This document shows positions 23,191-32,688 of a DNA stretch of 51,342 bases, piece by piece (position 1 is the first letter of the stretch; each line of letters begins with the position of its first letter). The notes under the pieces were generated by a model. It was not told the DNA's origin and searched no databases. It worked only from the letters and a program-made list of their open reading frames with translations. The DNA comes from Candidatus Hydrogenedentota bacterium. GTDB lineage: Bacteria > Hydrogenedentota > Hydrogenedentia > Hydrogenedentales > SLHB01. The stretch is from the NCBI GenBank assembly GCA_034408725.1, contig JAWXCN010000151.1:1-51342 (forward strand). Reading direction: 5' to 3'. Made by a program: the position numbers and the translations under genes.

Positions 23191-24645
23191 TTACGCAAGC
23201 AGACCCGGCAAGACATTTCCAAACACGTCCGTCAACCTGAAATCGCGTCCCTGGTAAGAGAACGTCAGTTTCAGGTGGTCGACGCCCATGAGATGCAGGA
23301 GAGTCGCGTTCAGATCGTGAACGTGTACCGGGTCTTTCGCGACGTTGTAACTGAAATCATCAGTCTCGCCATACAACCCGCCCGCCTTTGCGCCGCCGCC
23401 GGCCATCCACATTGAATAGCACCGGCCATGATGGTCGCGGCCGTAATTTTCTGGCTGCACATTGCCTTGGCCGTACACGGTGCGGCCAAACTCGCCCCCC
23501 CAGATTACAAGGGTGTCATCCAGCATGCCGCGCTGTTTCAGGTCGCGCACGAGCGCGGCGCTGGGCTGGTCCGTATCCTGCGCCTGCGTCGAAATATCGC
23601 GAGGAAGTTCCGCATGCTGGTCCCAGCCGCGATGGAATAGCTGCACGAACCGCACGCCGCGTTCGGCAAGCCTGCGCGATAACAGGCAATTGGCGGCGAA
23701 ACTTCCGGGCCGGCGCACGTCCGGCCCATACATGTCGATGATGTGGTCTGGTTCGTCCGAAAAGTCCACGAGGTCAGGCACGGAAGACTGCATGCGGTAG
23801 GCCATCTCGTACTGCGCGATGCGCGTGACGATTTCGGGATCGGCAAACTCTTCGTATTGTTTCTCATTCAGTTGCGCTAGCCCGTCGAGCATGCGCCGCC
23901 GCGTCGCGTCATCGACACCGGGCGGGTTATTGATGTACAGCACCGGATCGCCCGCGGAACGCAGGTTGACGCCCTGATGCTCGGTTGGCAAGAAGCCCGC
24001 GCCCCAGATGCGCGGATATAGGGGCTGCATGTTGACGCGAGGGTTGCCTTTCGAGATCAGCACGCAATATGACGGCAGATCATTGTTTTCGCTGCCGAGT
24101 CCATAGCTCAGCCACGCGCCCATGCTCGGACGGCCCGCCAATTGCGCGCCAGTCGTGATATAGGTCGTTGCGGGATCGTGGTTGATGGCTTCCGTTGTAA
24201 CCGAGTTCATCATGCATATTTCGTCCGCGATGGACGCCATGTGCGGAACGACTTCGCTAAACCACGCGCCGCTTGGTCCGTGTTGCGAAAACTTAAACTT
24301 GGAACCCGCCACGGGAAATGTGTTTTGACCGGATGTCATCGTGGTGAGCCGCTGGTTGCCTCGCACGGACGCGGGAAGTTCCGTGCCGCTCTTCGCCTGC
24401 ACGATGGGTTTGTAGTCGAAGAGGTCGAGTTGCGATGGTCCGCCGGATTGAAACAGAAAGATCACGCGTTTGGCCTTCGGCGCAAAGTGTGGAAGACCGT
24501 GGGACCCTTTCGGCGCCGACGCAAATGCCGCGGGGTTCAGCAATGAACCCAACGCGGCCCCGCCAATCCCGCACGCACACCGTCCAAAAAATTGGCGGCG
24601 CGTTTGCAAGAGCGCATGCTCGGCGATGGGGCTGTGTGAACTCAT
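23191..24645 (-). CDS. DUF1501 domain protein (Tat-exported, sulfatase-like fold)
   Basis: TRRQFF Tat motif; AKRVIFLFQSGGPSQLDLFDYKP, RRLAERGVRFVQ, WDQH, GEFGRT and GRDHH. Confidence 0.93.
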   Translation of the reverse strand: MSSHSPIAEHALLQTRRQFFGRCACGIGGAALGSLLNPAAFASAPKGSHGLPHFAPKAKRVIFLFQSGGPSQLDLFDYKPIVQAKSGTELPASVRGNQRLTTMTSGQNTFPVAGSKFKFSQHGPSGAWFSEVVPHMASIADEICMMNSVTTEAINHDPATTYITTGAQLAGRPSMGAWLSYGLGSENNDLPSYCVLISKGNPRVNMQPLYPRIWGAGFLPTEHQGVNLRSAGDPVLYINNPPGVDDATRRRMLDGLAQLNEKQYEEFADPEIVTRIAQYEMAYRMQSSVPDLVDFSDEPDHIIDMYGPDVRRPGSFAANCLLSRRLAERGVRFVQLFHRGWDQHAELPRDISTQAQDTDQPSAALVRDLKQRGMLDDTLVIWGGEFGRTVYGQGNVQPENYGRDHHGRCYSMWMAGGGAKAGGLYGETDDFSYNVAKDPVHVHDLNATLLHLMGVDHLKLTFSYQGRDFRLTDVFGNVLPGLLA

Positions 24646-24689
24646 TTTGGCGTCGCCTCGTTTTTAATCAGGAAATCGCGGGATACAAG

Positions 24690-27600
24690 CTACCCCTTCG
24701 TCACGGTCTCATCCAAATTGAGGATCATGCTGGCGATAGTTGTGTACGCCGCGAGTTCCGCGGGGTCGAGCATTTCGTCGCGTTTGGATTCGCCCACGGA
24801 GAGCAATTCGAGCGCGGCATTGGTATTGGCGCGGTATACTGCGAGCTGATCGCCAAAAATCTTCGTCAGGATCGCGCATTCGTCATCGTTAGGAACGCGG
24901 GCGGTTGCCAACTGAAACGCGTAACAGATGCGCGCGGCCGGATCGCCGGCATCTACTTCCTTCATCATGCGTTGCGCGAGCACGCGCGCGGCTTCGACGA
25001 ACTGCGGATCGTTCAACAGAGCGAGCGCCTGCAGCGGCGTATTGGTCCGCGCGCGCCGAGCGGTGCATACTTCCCGGTTTGGCGCGTCAAAAATCAGCAT
25101 GGAAGGCGGCGGAGACTGCCGTTTCCAGAACGTGTACATGCTGCGGCGGTACAAGTTTTCGCCGTTGTCTTGTTCAAAGAATTGCGCGGTGAACGTCTTG
25201 TCTCCGTACGAAACTTCTTCCCAGATGCCTTTCGGCTGGTACGGCTTCACGCTCGGACCGCCAATGGTATTAACCAGGAGTCCACTCACGGCGAGCGCGT
25301 TGTCGCGGACCTCTTCCGCGTCAAGGCGGTATCGGGAACCGCGTGCGAGCAGGCGGTTTTCCGGGTCCTTTCCCAACAAATCGGATGTTGACTTCGAGGA
25401 TTGACGGTACGTCGCCGAGGTCACGATCAAACGCTGCAATGCTTTGACGTCCCAGCCGGTGCGGATGAATTCGAGTGACAGCCAATCCAGCAATTGCGGA
25501 TGCGAAGGCCAATCACCCTGCACTCCGAAATCTTCCGAAGTTTTTACCAGGCCCGTCCCAAAGTAACGTTGCCAATACCGGTTTACGGCAACGCGAGAAG
25601 TCAGCGGGTGCGACGGGTCTACCAGCCATTGCGCAAGGCCGAGGCGGGTCAGCGGCGCGTTCGCGGGCATTGGCGCCAGGTTCGTGAGCACGGCCGGCGT
25701 AACGGTATCGCCCGGGGCGTCGTACTGGCCGCGTTTGAGCATAAACGTTTCGCGGGGTTTCTCGAGCTCCGCCATTACCATTGTTGTCGGAACTTTTGTA
25801 TCGAGTTCAGTTTTCTTTTGGTTAAGCGCCGCGAGCTGGGTTTGCAGCGCGGGCCATTCGCTCCAGTTCCGGCTCCGATAGTATTCCTGCAAGACCGCGC
25901 GCTGCGCGTCCGTGCGGGCATTGTCCACCGCGAGCAGAATCTGCTCGACGTCCAATGGAATGTCACCTACTTTTTCGTCAGTCCGGCGGAACTGGAACGA
26001 ATACTGGTTTCCATAATTCACAACTTTTACCAGCACGCGGTTCTCGCCCTGGACGAGCTGCGCCGTTACGGTGTCCTGATCCGCGAGAAGCGCGCGCTGG
26101 ACGTTGTTGTCCAGCACGACCTGATCATTCACCCATACCTTCACGGCGTCATTCGAGCCTATGCCGAACGAAATCTGGCGCGCGCTCGGAGCCTGAATCG
26201 TGCGGTAAAGGTAGGTCGCCGCGATGTCGCCATTGAGAATATTGGGTTGGCCATCCGCGATTGTCGGCGTCAATACCCATTTCAAACGCTGGTCTTCGTA
26301 CGTTGCCTTGATGTCAACGCCTTTTTCAGGCTCGTAGGCGGTTTCATACGCTGTTTTGCCGTCCGCGGCGACGAACGGTCCGTTCACATACCACTGGCCA
26401 AACTCTGTAGGCCCCATGGTCTTGTCGGTCGTGAGCGCGATGCGGAACCGGCCCAGCGTGTGTTGAGTAGATTTCGATTCCTGTTTTATCCGGATGCGGA
26501 ATATCGAACCGCCCGCATATCCTGCCGGTTTCTCGGTGACAAAGACTGCTGTCCGCGCTTCCTTCTTGGTCGGGCCATCTACCGCCCACCCTGTTTCGGG
26601 ATTGGCGTCAATCGCTTTGGCAATCTCGAAACCGGATTGCGAATAATCGGAGTTGGCTGCCGCGAGCGGCATGCGATCGAACTTTTCTGGTGTGGACTTT
26701 GCGGCAACCTCGACTTCAAACTCAGTGACGACAAAATTAGAATTCGATGCGCGCCCCGCGCCCTTCTCAGGCAATGTGTCGTGCGTGAGCGCTTCGAGGC
26801 GGATCGCCGTGATGTCTGTCAATTCGGTTGACACCGTGTACTCATAAACATCGGTGTCGGGGTTCGTGCCCTCGACGAGGATGGACCGGTCGTATTGCTC
26901 TTTGAGCGTCGCGCCGCCCGAGGAAACGACGCTGTCCGGATCCATTACGGCCCAGCGCGCGCGCACCTTGTCGGCAGCCTCGTTCATCCAGACCGCCTGC
27001 GCCGCGTCCACTTCGGGAAGTGGTTGCCTGATGTTCGCCAGCATCGCATCAACTTCTGCTTGCGCGGCATCGAGCGCAACCTTCTGATCGGGCAAGGGCG
27101 CCTTCATCAGAGGAACGGAATTTCCCGTGTTGCCATCCGATCCCTTTTCAGGCACCGAATTGAAGAACGCGTAAAATTCGTAAAAGTCCTGCATCGAAAT
27201 CGGGTCAAACTTGTGATCGTGGCATTGGGCGCAACCAACAGTCAGACCCATCCAGACCGTTGACGTCGTATTGACTCGGTCCACGACGTACGCTACCCGG
27301 TATTCCTCCGGAATGACGCCGCCCTCGAAGGTGATCATGTGGTTCCGGTTGAATCCGGTCGCGATGCGTTGATCGAGGGACGGTTCGGGCAGCAAGTCGC
27401 CCGCGATCTGTTCGATGGTAAATTTGTCGAACGGCTGGTTTTCGTTAAACGAGCCAATCACCCAATCGCGCCAGCGCCACATGTAACGCTCGTTATCGAC
27501 GTGGTAGCCGTTCGTGTCCGCGTACCGGGAGACATCGAGCCAATGGCGCGCCATCTGCTCGCCGTAGTGGGGCGACGCGAGCAGCCGGTCGACAACTTTC

Positions 27601-28676
27601 TCGTAGGCATCCGTGCTCGTGTCGCTGACGAACGCAGTGACTTCGTCAAGTGTCGGGGGAAGACCAGTAAGGTCAAGCGTTACCCTGCGTATTAACGAAT
27701 GCTTCTCCGCTTCGGGCATCGGCGCGAGACCTTCGGTTTCGAGCCGCGATGCGATAAAGTTGTCGATAGGGTTACGCGCCCAATCCGCTTTCGCAATCAC
27801 CGGGGCTTCGCTCGGCGCAGGCGCGGTGAAGGCCCAGTGCTTGTCCATCGAGCCACCCTGAGCAATCCATTGCGTCAGCAGATCGATTTGCTTCTGGGTC
27901 AGCGTTTTGCCAAACGCCGCGGGCGGCATGCGGTCCGCCTCGTCGTGCGCGGTGATTCGCGCGACCAACTCGCTTTTCGCCGGGTCGCCCGGAACGATAG
28001 CGAGTTTGCCGGAAGACAACGCGGTGTAGGCGCTGGTCCCTTCGTCAAACCGCAGTTCCGCCTTGCGTTCGGCCTCATCGGGGCCATGACAGGCCATGCA
28101 ATTGTTCGAGAGGATGGGACGGATATCGCGGTTATAATTCACGCGATCAGCCTCATTCACCGCGGGAAGCGCCGCAACAGCAGCGGGCGCGGAAGCAGGT
28201 TGTTCGGGTGCCGGCTCCGGCGCAGGTTGTAACGTGCCGATCAGTTCCAGCGCGCGTTCATACATCGTAATTTTATCGGCGAGCGCCGTGTGCTGCTTTT
28301 TCGCGGCATCGAGTTTTTCCTGAAGACCCGGCGCCGCCGCGGCATGGTCGGCGGCGTCCTTTTTGACCGCGTCTATTTGAGCGGACAATTCGGCGAGTTT
28401 GGCGTCCAACTCCGCGGCGCGTTTCGCAGCAGCATCCACTTCAGCCGCCGCAGCCTCGACAGGGGGCTGGCTTTCATTTACCTGCTGTCGAATCTGTTCG
28501 AGGCCATCTTTCAGCGTCTTTTCCGCTTCCGCGCGGGACGGCGGGTCCGCCTCGAGTTTTTTCAGGAGTTCGACGATCGCGTCGACAGTCGGCGGATTCG
28601 ACGGCGCGGGTTCTTCCGCGAACACCATCATTCCGCACAACGCAACGCAACCAATGGAGATATACCGCATCATCAT
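24690..28676 (-). CDS. PSD1/DUF1553-DUF1549 planctomycete cytochrome c domain protein
   Basis: YNRDIRPILSNNCMACHGPD, LIRRVTLDLTGLPP, WLDVSRYAD, GCAQCHDHKFDPI, PSHPQLLDWL and TNTPLQALALLN. Start at ATG 28676 (GGAGG RBS). Confidence 0.93.
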   Translation of the reverse strand: MMMRYISIGCVALCGMMVFAEEPAPSNPPTVDAIVELLKKLEADPPSRAEAEKTLKDGLEQIRQQVNESQPPVEAAAAEVDAAAKRAAELDAKLAELSAQIDAVKKDAADHAAAAPGLQEKLDAAKKQHTALADKITMYERALELIGTLQPAPEPAPEQPASAPAAVAALPAVNEADRVNYNRDIRPILSNNCMACHGPDEAERKAELRFDEGTSAYTALSSGKLAIVPGDPAKSELVARITAHDEADRMPPAAFGKTLTQKQIDLLTQWIAQGGSMDKHWAFTAPAPSEAPVIAKADWARNPIDNFIASRLETEGLAPMPEAEKHSLIRRVTLDLTGLPPTLDEVTAFVSDTSTDAYEKVVDRLLASPHYGEQMARHWLDVSRYADTNGYHVDNERYMWRWRDWVIGSFNENQPFDKFTIEQIAGDLLPEPSLDQRIATGFNRNHMITFEGGVIPEEYRVAYVVDRVNTTSTVWMGLTVGCAQCHDHKFDPISMQDFYEFYAFFNSVPEKGSDGNTGNSVPLMKAPLPDQKVALDAAQAEVDAMLANIRQPLPEVDAAQAVWMNEAADKVRARWAVMDPDSVVSSGGATLKEQYDRSILVEGTNPDTDVYEYTVSTELTDITAIRLEALTHDTLPEKGAGRASNSNFVVTEFEVEVAAKSTPEKFDRMPLAAANSDYSQSGFEIAKAIDANPETGWAVDGPTKKEARTAVFVTEKPAGYAGGSIFRIRIKQESKSTQHTLGRFRIALTTDKTMGPTEFGQWYVNGPFVAADGKTAYETAYEPEKGVDIKATYEDQRLKWVLTPTIADGQPNILNGDIAATYLYRTIQAPSARQISFGIGSNDAVKVWVNDQVVLDNNVQRALLADQDTVTAQLVQGENRVLVKVVNYGNQYSFQFRRTDEKVGDIPLDVEQILLAVDNARTDAQRAVLQEYYRSRNWSEWPALQTQLAALNQKKTELDTKVPTTMVMAELEKPRETFMLKRGQYDAPGDTVTPAVLTNLAPMPANAPLTRLGLAQWLVDPSHPLTSRVAVNRYWQRYFGTGLVKTSEDFGVQGDWPSHPQLLDWLSLEFIRTGWDVKALQRLIVTSATYRQSSKSTSDLLGKDPENRLLARGSRYRLDAEEVRDNALAVSGLLVNTIGGPSVKPYQPKGIWEEVSYGDKTFTAQFFEQDNGENLYRRSMYTFWKRQSPPPSMLIFDAPNREVCTARRARTNTPLQALALLNDPQFVEAARVLAQRMMKEVDAGDPAARICYAFQLATARVPNDDECAILTKIFGDQLAVYRANTNAALELLSVGESKRDEMLDPAELAAYTTIASMILNLDETVTKG

Positions 28677-28779
28677 CCGACAAAACCCTCCAGCTACCAC
28701 TATCCCAAAGCGGGACTACCGTCGTCAAGCTTTTACTGCCTGGCCAGCCGCTAAAAGAGGGTATTGGAGGGCATCGTGC

Positions 28780-29639
28780 TCAACGGGTGCGCTTGGCGAG
28801 TACCCACAGGGATCGAAAGCGGGAATCCTTGGGAAAACTCAATGGCAGCACCGGTTTACCAAGGAATCGGCGGGCAATGTTCTTCAAGGCAGTGACAAAT
28901 GGACTATCCATCGACGGAGTATCCGGATCGCTTTGTTGGCGATAATCTCGAAGCCTGCTCTCTCGAATGCGGTTTTTACATTGGCCTCGCCCGCGAAAAG
29001 CAGGTGGTCGGGAAGGTAAAGCGAGCCCGGAAATTCGTCGCGCGCAATATCGCCACCATTGCCGGTGACTACCAGCAACGTACCGCCAACTTCCAGCAGG
29101 CCAGCGAGTTGCCGCAGGAATTCCACCGGGTCCGGCAGATGGGAAAAGACATTGATTAACGAGAGATGGGTATGCGTGCCTTCGACTTTCGATAGCGGCG
29201 TCGCCGTAACTGCGATGCCAAGGGCCTTGGCTTTCTGCACCTTCGGCTCACAGGGTTCGATACCGGCAATACGCGAGCCGGAAGGCAGAATCTCTTGTGC
29301 AGCGCTGAGCATTTCGCCATAGCCCGCGCCGATATCGAGCCAGGAGTATGGACCGGTTGCTTGTGCCTGGTCAGGCATTAGTTCTCGCAACCGGTTCGCG
29401 TACAGCCTCACTTTTCGGGGCGAATAGCTTCCGATGACATTCAGAGCCTGATCGCCAAATTTATGCATGCCCGTTCGAGCGGCTTCGTCAATATCACTTG
29501 CGGCAGGGCGAGGATTGAGATAGACAAGACCGCAACCGCGGCATTTCACCATCGTGTAGTTATTCTCGCTCGCCCAAGGTTCGCTTTCAGCGTGTTGGCA
29601 CAAGCAGCAAGGAACATGTTCGAGTTTCACACCCGCCAC
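28780..29639 (-). CDS. Class I SAM methyltransferase with N-terminal Zn ribbon; apparent -1 frameshift near 28920-28940
   Basis: CCLC...CRGCGLVYLNPRP, LDIGAGYG, VFSHLPDP and PDHLLF. The frame-0 stop is at 28884, while the -1 frame continues DSPFVTALKNIARRFLGKP...FRSLWVLAKRTR to TGA 28780. GTG start at 29639 or 29630. Confidence 0.7.
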
Positions 29640-29808
29640 CCCATCAATCAATACAGGTCGCTTGTCGCAAATGACAGCGACGAAGATAGCATGGGGCCCG
29701 GATATCTTCAATTGCGCGCCGGCAAAATGTCGCTGCGCAGACGAATATTGCCCGCCTGTTCTGATAGAATTCCGCGCTGCATCCCCGCGGTTGAGCAGGA
29801 AGAGGACC

Positions 29809-30492
29809 ATGCCGATACATCCATTGCTTGTTTCCCGGCGAATTGAAGTGCAGATTATCAAGCGTATGTTGAAGTTCACGCCGGATGATGTCGTATGCGA
29901 CATTGGGTGTGGCGACGGCTATTGGACGAGCAGGATAACCCGCAGCGCGCGAACAGTGGGTGTGGATATCGATTCCGCCGCGCTGCGTCGCGCCGTGGCG
30001 ATACATTCGCGGCCGCGCCTGACCTATGTCAAGGCCTCGGTCACGGACATGCCGTTTCCCACGGATTATTTCACCAGGATATTCGGAATCTGCTCGATTG
30101 AGCATGTCCCCGACAATACCGCCGCGTTCTCCGAGATGGGCCGTTGCCTTCGGCCCGGCGGCCTCCTGGCGTTGACCTTGGACAGCCTTACCTTCCCGGG
30201 CACCACACAGGCGCGCCGGGAGGAACATCATCGAAAATATTTCACGCCGCATCTCTACGACGTGCCATACGCCGCCGAATGTCTTCAGTCGGCGGGCCTG
30301 ACCCTGGTCGAACACCAATTCATCATCTGTTCGCCATCGGCCCATCGCGCATACAATTTGGTGAGCCGCCAACCCAAACTGCAATACCTCGGCTTTCCGA
30401 TTCTGTATCCGCTGATTCGATGGAGCGACGCGCGGGAGTCCGAGCCGAAAGGCGGTTGGAAACTCGCCATCAAGGCGATTAAGAAGGTTTGA
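29809..30492 (+). CDS. Class I SAM-dependent methyltransferase
   Basis: VCDIGCGDG, GVDID, ASVTDMPF, SIEHVPD and RCLRPGG; GAGG RBS before ATG 29809. Confidence 0.88.
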   Translation: MPIHPLLVSRRIEVQIIKRMLKFTPDDVVCDIGCGDGYWTSRITRSARTVGVDIDSAALRRAVAIHSRPRLTYVKASVTDMPFPTDYFTRIFGICSIEHVPDNTAAFSEMGRCLRPGGLLALTLDSLTFPGTTQARREEHHRKYFTPHLYDVPYAAECLQSAGLTLVEHQFIICSPSAHRAYNLVSRQPKLQYLGFPILYPLIRWSDARESEPKGGWKLAIKAIKKV

Positions 30493-30564
30493 ACATCCGG
30501 CAATTTTGCTGTTTACGGGAGAGGACATCGTGCGCGCAGTGAGCAAGGGTTGGCCATCTGCGAT

Positions 30565-30604
30565 ACAGCCAAAGCGGCGCCTTAAGGGCCGCCGCAGTCC
30601 AAAT
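30565..30604. repeat. Single REP-like palindrome, same family as the 5965-6343 mosaic
   Basis: ACAGCCAAAGCGGCGCCTTAAGGGCCGCCGCAGTCCAAAT; its reverse complement closely matches 6136-6175. It lies between convergent genes. Confidence 0.8.
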
Positions 30605-30624
30605 GGGCCTGCTCCCACCGCTTT

Positions 30625-32664
30625 TCAAGCATGGATGATTATGCAGGTGTCGGCAACTTTTCTGCGGACGGTCAATCGGATTCGCTGCGTCTTGAGCTTT
30701 ATTCCGTACGAAGGCGAGTAGCAGACTTCCGCAACGTCGATTTCATCGAACCCCGTAGTTTCGATAGCGGCTATCACGTTGCCGCCGCGTGTCACGGATA
30801 TTTCATTCGCACTGACGCATTTCGCGGTTGTTTCGGGTGCAAGTAACAAGTGCGCATCAATAGCGTCGCATGAGCGGCGTGACTCCAGGTGGTCGCGAAT
30901 CTCAATCCGCACCGGCTTGTTTCGTAATTCAATCGAACGGTGGTGCGTATAGTCTTCAAACGACTGGCAAGTACCCGCCATGCGAACGTGCGATTCGGCC
31001 GATGTCCACTCCGTAATGTGAGACAACGGCACTTTTTCCCATCCCCAGACGGGAAACATGCGGGCCTGATCGATACCGCGCGGGGCCATCGTATTGTGCA
31101 GCGCGGTCGAACGAAACAGATCGCGCTCCGCGTCCCCAAGCAGATACCCAAATGTTCCGCTGTCGATGATGATTGGGATTCCATTCAGCACAATCACTGG
31201 CGCAAGAATGTCCGCATGGCTGTGCGCGCTGCTGCCATCCAACCCGAGTCCAAATTCTCCGCACCGGACAAATACGAAAGAATTTTCAGGAGCGTCGCCG
31301 GTGCGAAGGATGCAGTGTCCTCCGTCGGGAAAATGGATTGAGGATTGCGGTAGGTGATGCGGGATCATGCCGCGCAGCGCAGTCCAATTTTCAGCGCCCA
31401 GCAACCAAAGGGTTTCTTCGTTCCCGCCGTTTGCCGCGCGCCACAGGTCGTTCCGTTGAAACTGCCATGCACCTGCCCCGAGCCATCCGCGAAAATCGAA
31501 GAACGGCACGGACTCCGTTGAATACAATCCGCGGCCGTCATCGCAATCGCCGATCTGCGGCGCCAACCCGTTTGGCGCGGTGATCGCGGCTTCGTACTCC
31601 AGCATTCTCTCGAGACGTTGCAAGATCACGGGCGGCATTGTATCGCCGTTTAACTGGCCCAACCGCACGACTGTCCAAATGAAATCGAGGACGAACCGGT
31701 GATAGCCCGTGGCCTGTTCGCGGTTCACGCCATCGGGATAGATTTGCCGTTCCAGTGCGTCGGCGAAAATGGATAGCGCAACCTGCTTGAATTCTGATGA
31801 TTCCTTGAACTGCGGAAAGAGCGTTGCGAATGCAAACAAGCCCGCCGTTTCGCCGAGCAGGTGGTTGTTCGCGGCGAGCCATCCGGTGGTAAGCCTTCTG
31901 CGCAGATAACGCGCGTGCTGATACAATGCGCACAGAAATGGATCGAGCCCGTGCTCCTGAAAATACGGCGAATCCTTCATCAACCAGAACGCGTTCGACC
32001 ACGAAATCAGCCGTATTCCCATTTCCATTTCGCTGAACCAGTTGATCCCCATGCGAAACGGGTTCGCGACTATCCAGCTCAACAGTTGGTCCGTAAACGC
32101 GCGCGCGTATTTCTCGTCGCGGGTGTAGCAGTAGGCTTTCCCGAGCGTCACCCAGTATTGATGACGGTTCAATTCCCATGGATGTTTTATGTCGCCCGGC
32201 CTGTCCGGACGATTGTAAAACCCTTTCGGAAAATCTTCGGAATGTTGCCACGGCCACCGCGCATTTGTGTCCGGAATCCAGAACCAATCGATCACTTCAT
32301 TGAATACTGCATCCCTGCCGAGAAAATGAAAGCGGTGCGCGCACACGCGGTCTGCGAGTTTGATGGTTTTTATGGCGGCATCTGGAAAATGGTCCCGCGC
32401 GGTGTCGGCGGTTTTCTGCGCGCCATCAAGAAAATGTTTGGCGGTCGCGCGCGTTACGAAAGTTGCGCGCAGATCCCCGGACGCGCCTTCAGGGAAATTG
32501 ATCGCGCTGGCAAGCGACTCCGGCGTTACCTTCCAATGTGAGTCGAGAAACGCGCGAACAGGAGGAATGATTTGAGCCTTGCGCGTCACGCGTGTGCGAA
32601 TTGCGCGCATGGACCACCGAAATCCCGCGTTGCGCAATTTGCTAATGCTGGTGAGCACACTCAT
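30625..32664 (-). CDS. Heparinase II/III-family protein
   Basis: DIKHPWELNRHQ, NPFRMGINW...EMGIRLISW, NNHL, EQATGYH, HSHAD, DSGTFGY and FRSTALHNT. Confidence 0.9.
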   Translation of the reverse strand: MSVLTSISKLRNAGFRWSMRAIRTRVTRKAQIIPPVRAFLDSHWKVTPESLASAINFPEGASGDLRATFVTRATAKHFLDGAQKTADTARDHFPDAAIKTIKLADRVCAHRFHFLGRDAVFNEVIDWFWIPDTNARWPWQHSEDFPKGFYNRPDRPGDIKHPWELNRHQYWVTLGKAYCYTRDEKYARAFTDQLLSWIVANPFRMGINWFSEMEMGIRLISWSNAFWLMKDSPYFQEHGLDPFLCALYQHARYLRRRLTTGWLAANNHLLGETAGLFAFATLFPQFKESSEFKQVALSIFADALERQIYPDGVNREQATGYHRFVLDFIWTVVRLGQLNGDTMPPVILQRLERMLEYEAAITAPNGLAPQIGDCDDGRGLYSTESVPFFDFRGWLGAGAWQFQRNDLWRAANGGNEETLWLLGAENWTALRGMIPHHLPQSSIHFPDGGHCILRTGDAPENSFVFVRCGEFGLGLDGSSAHSHADILAPVIVLNGIPIIIDSGTFGYLLGDAERDLFRSTALHNTMAPRGIDQARMFPVWGWEKVPLSHITEWTSAESHVRMAGTCQSFEDYTHHRSIELRNKPVRIEIRDHLESRRSCDAIDAHLLLAPETTAKCVSANEISVTRGGNVIAAIETTGFDEIDVAEVCYSPSYGIKLKTQRIRLTVRRKVADTCIIIHA

Positions 32665-32688
32665 GGCCGTGTCATTAAAATGGAAGCG

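Noticed and set aside
29640-29903. N-terminal extensions of the ORF-track calls 28884..29903 and 29662..30492
   Set aside because: They overlap each other head-to-head; family motifs and RBS placement support starts at about 29639 and 29809.
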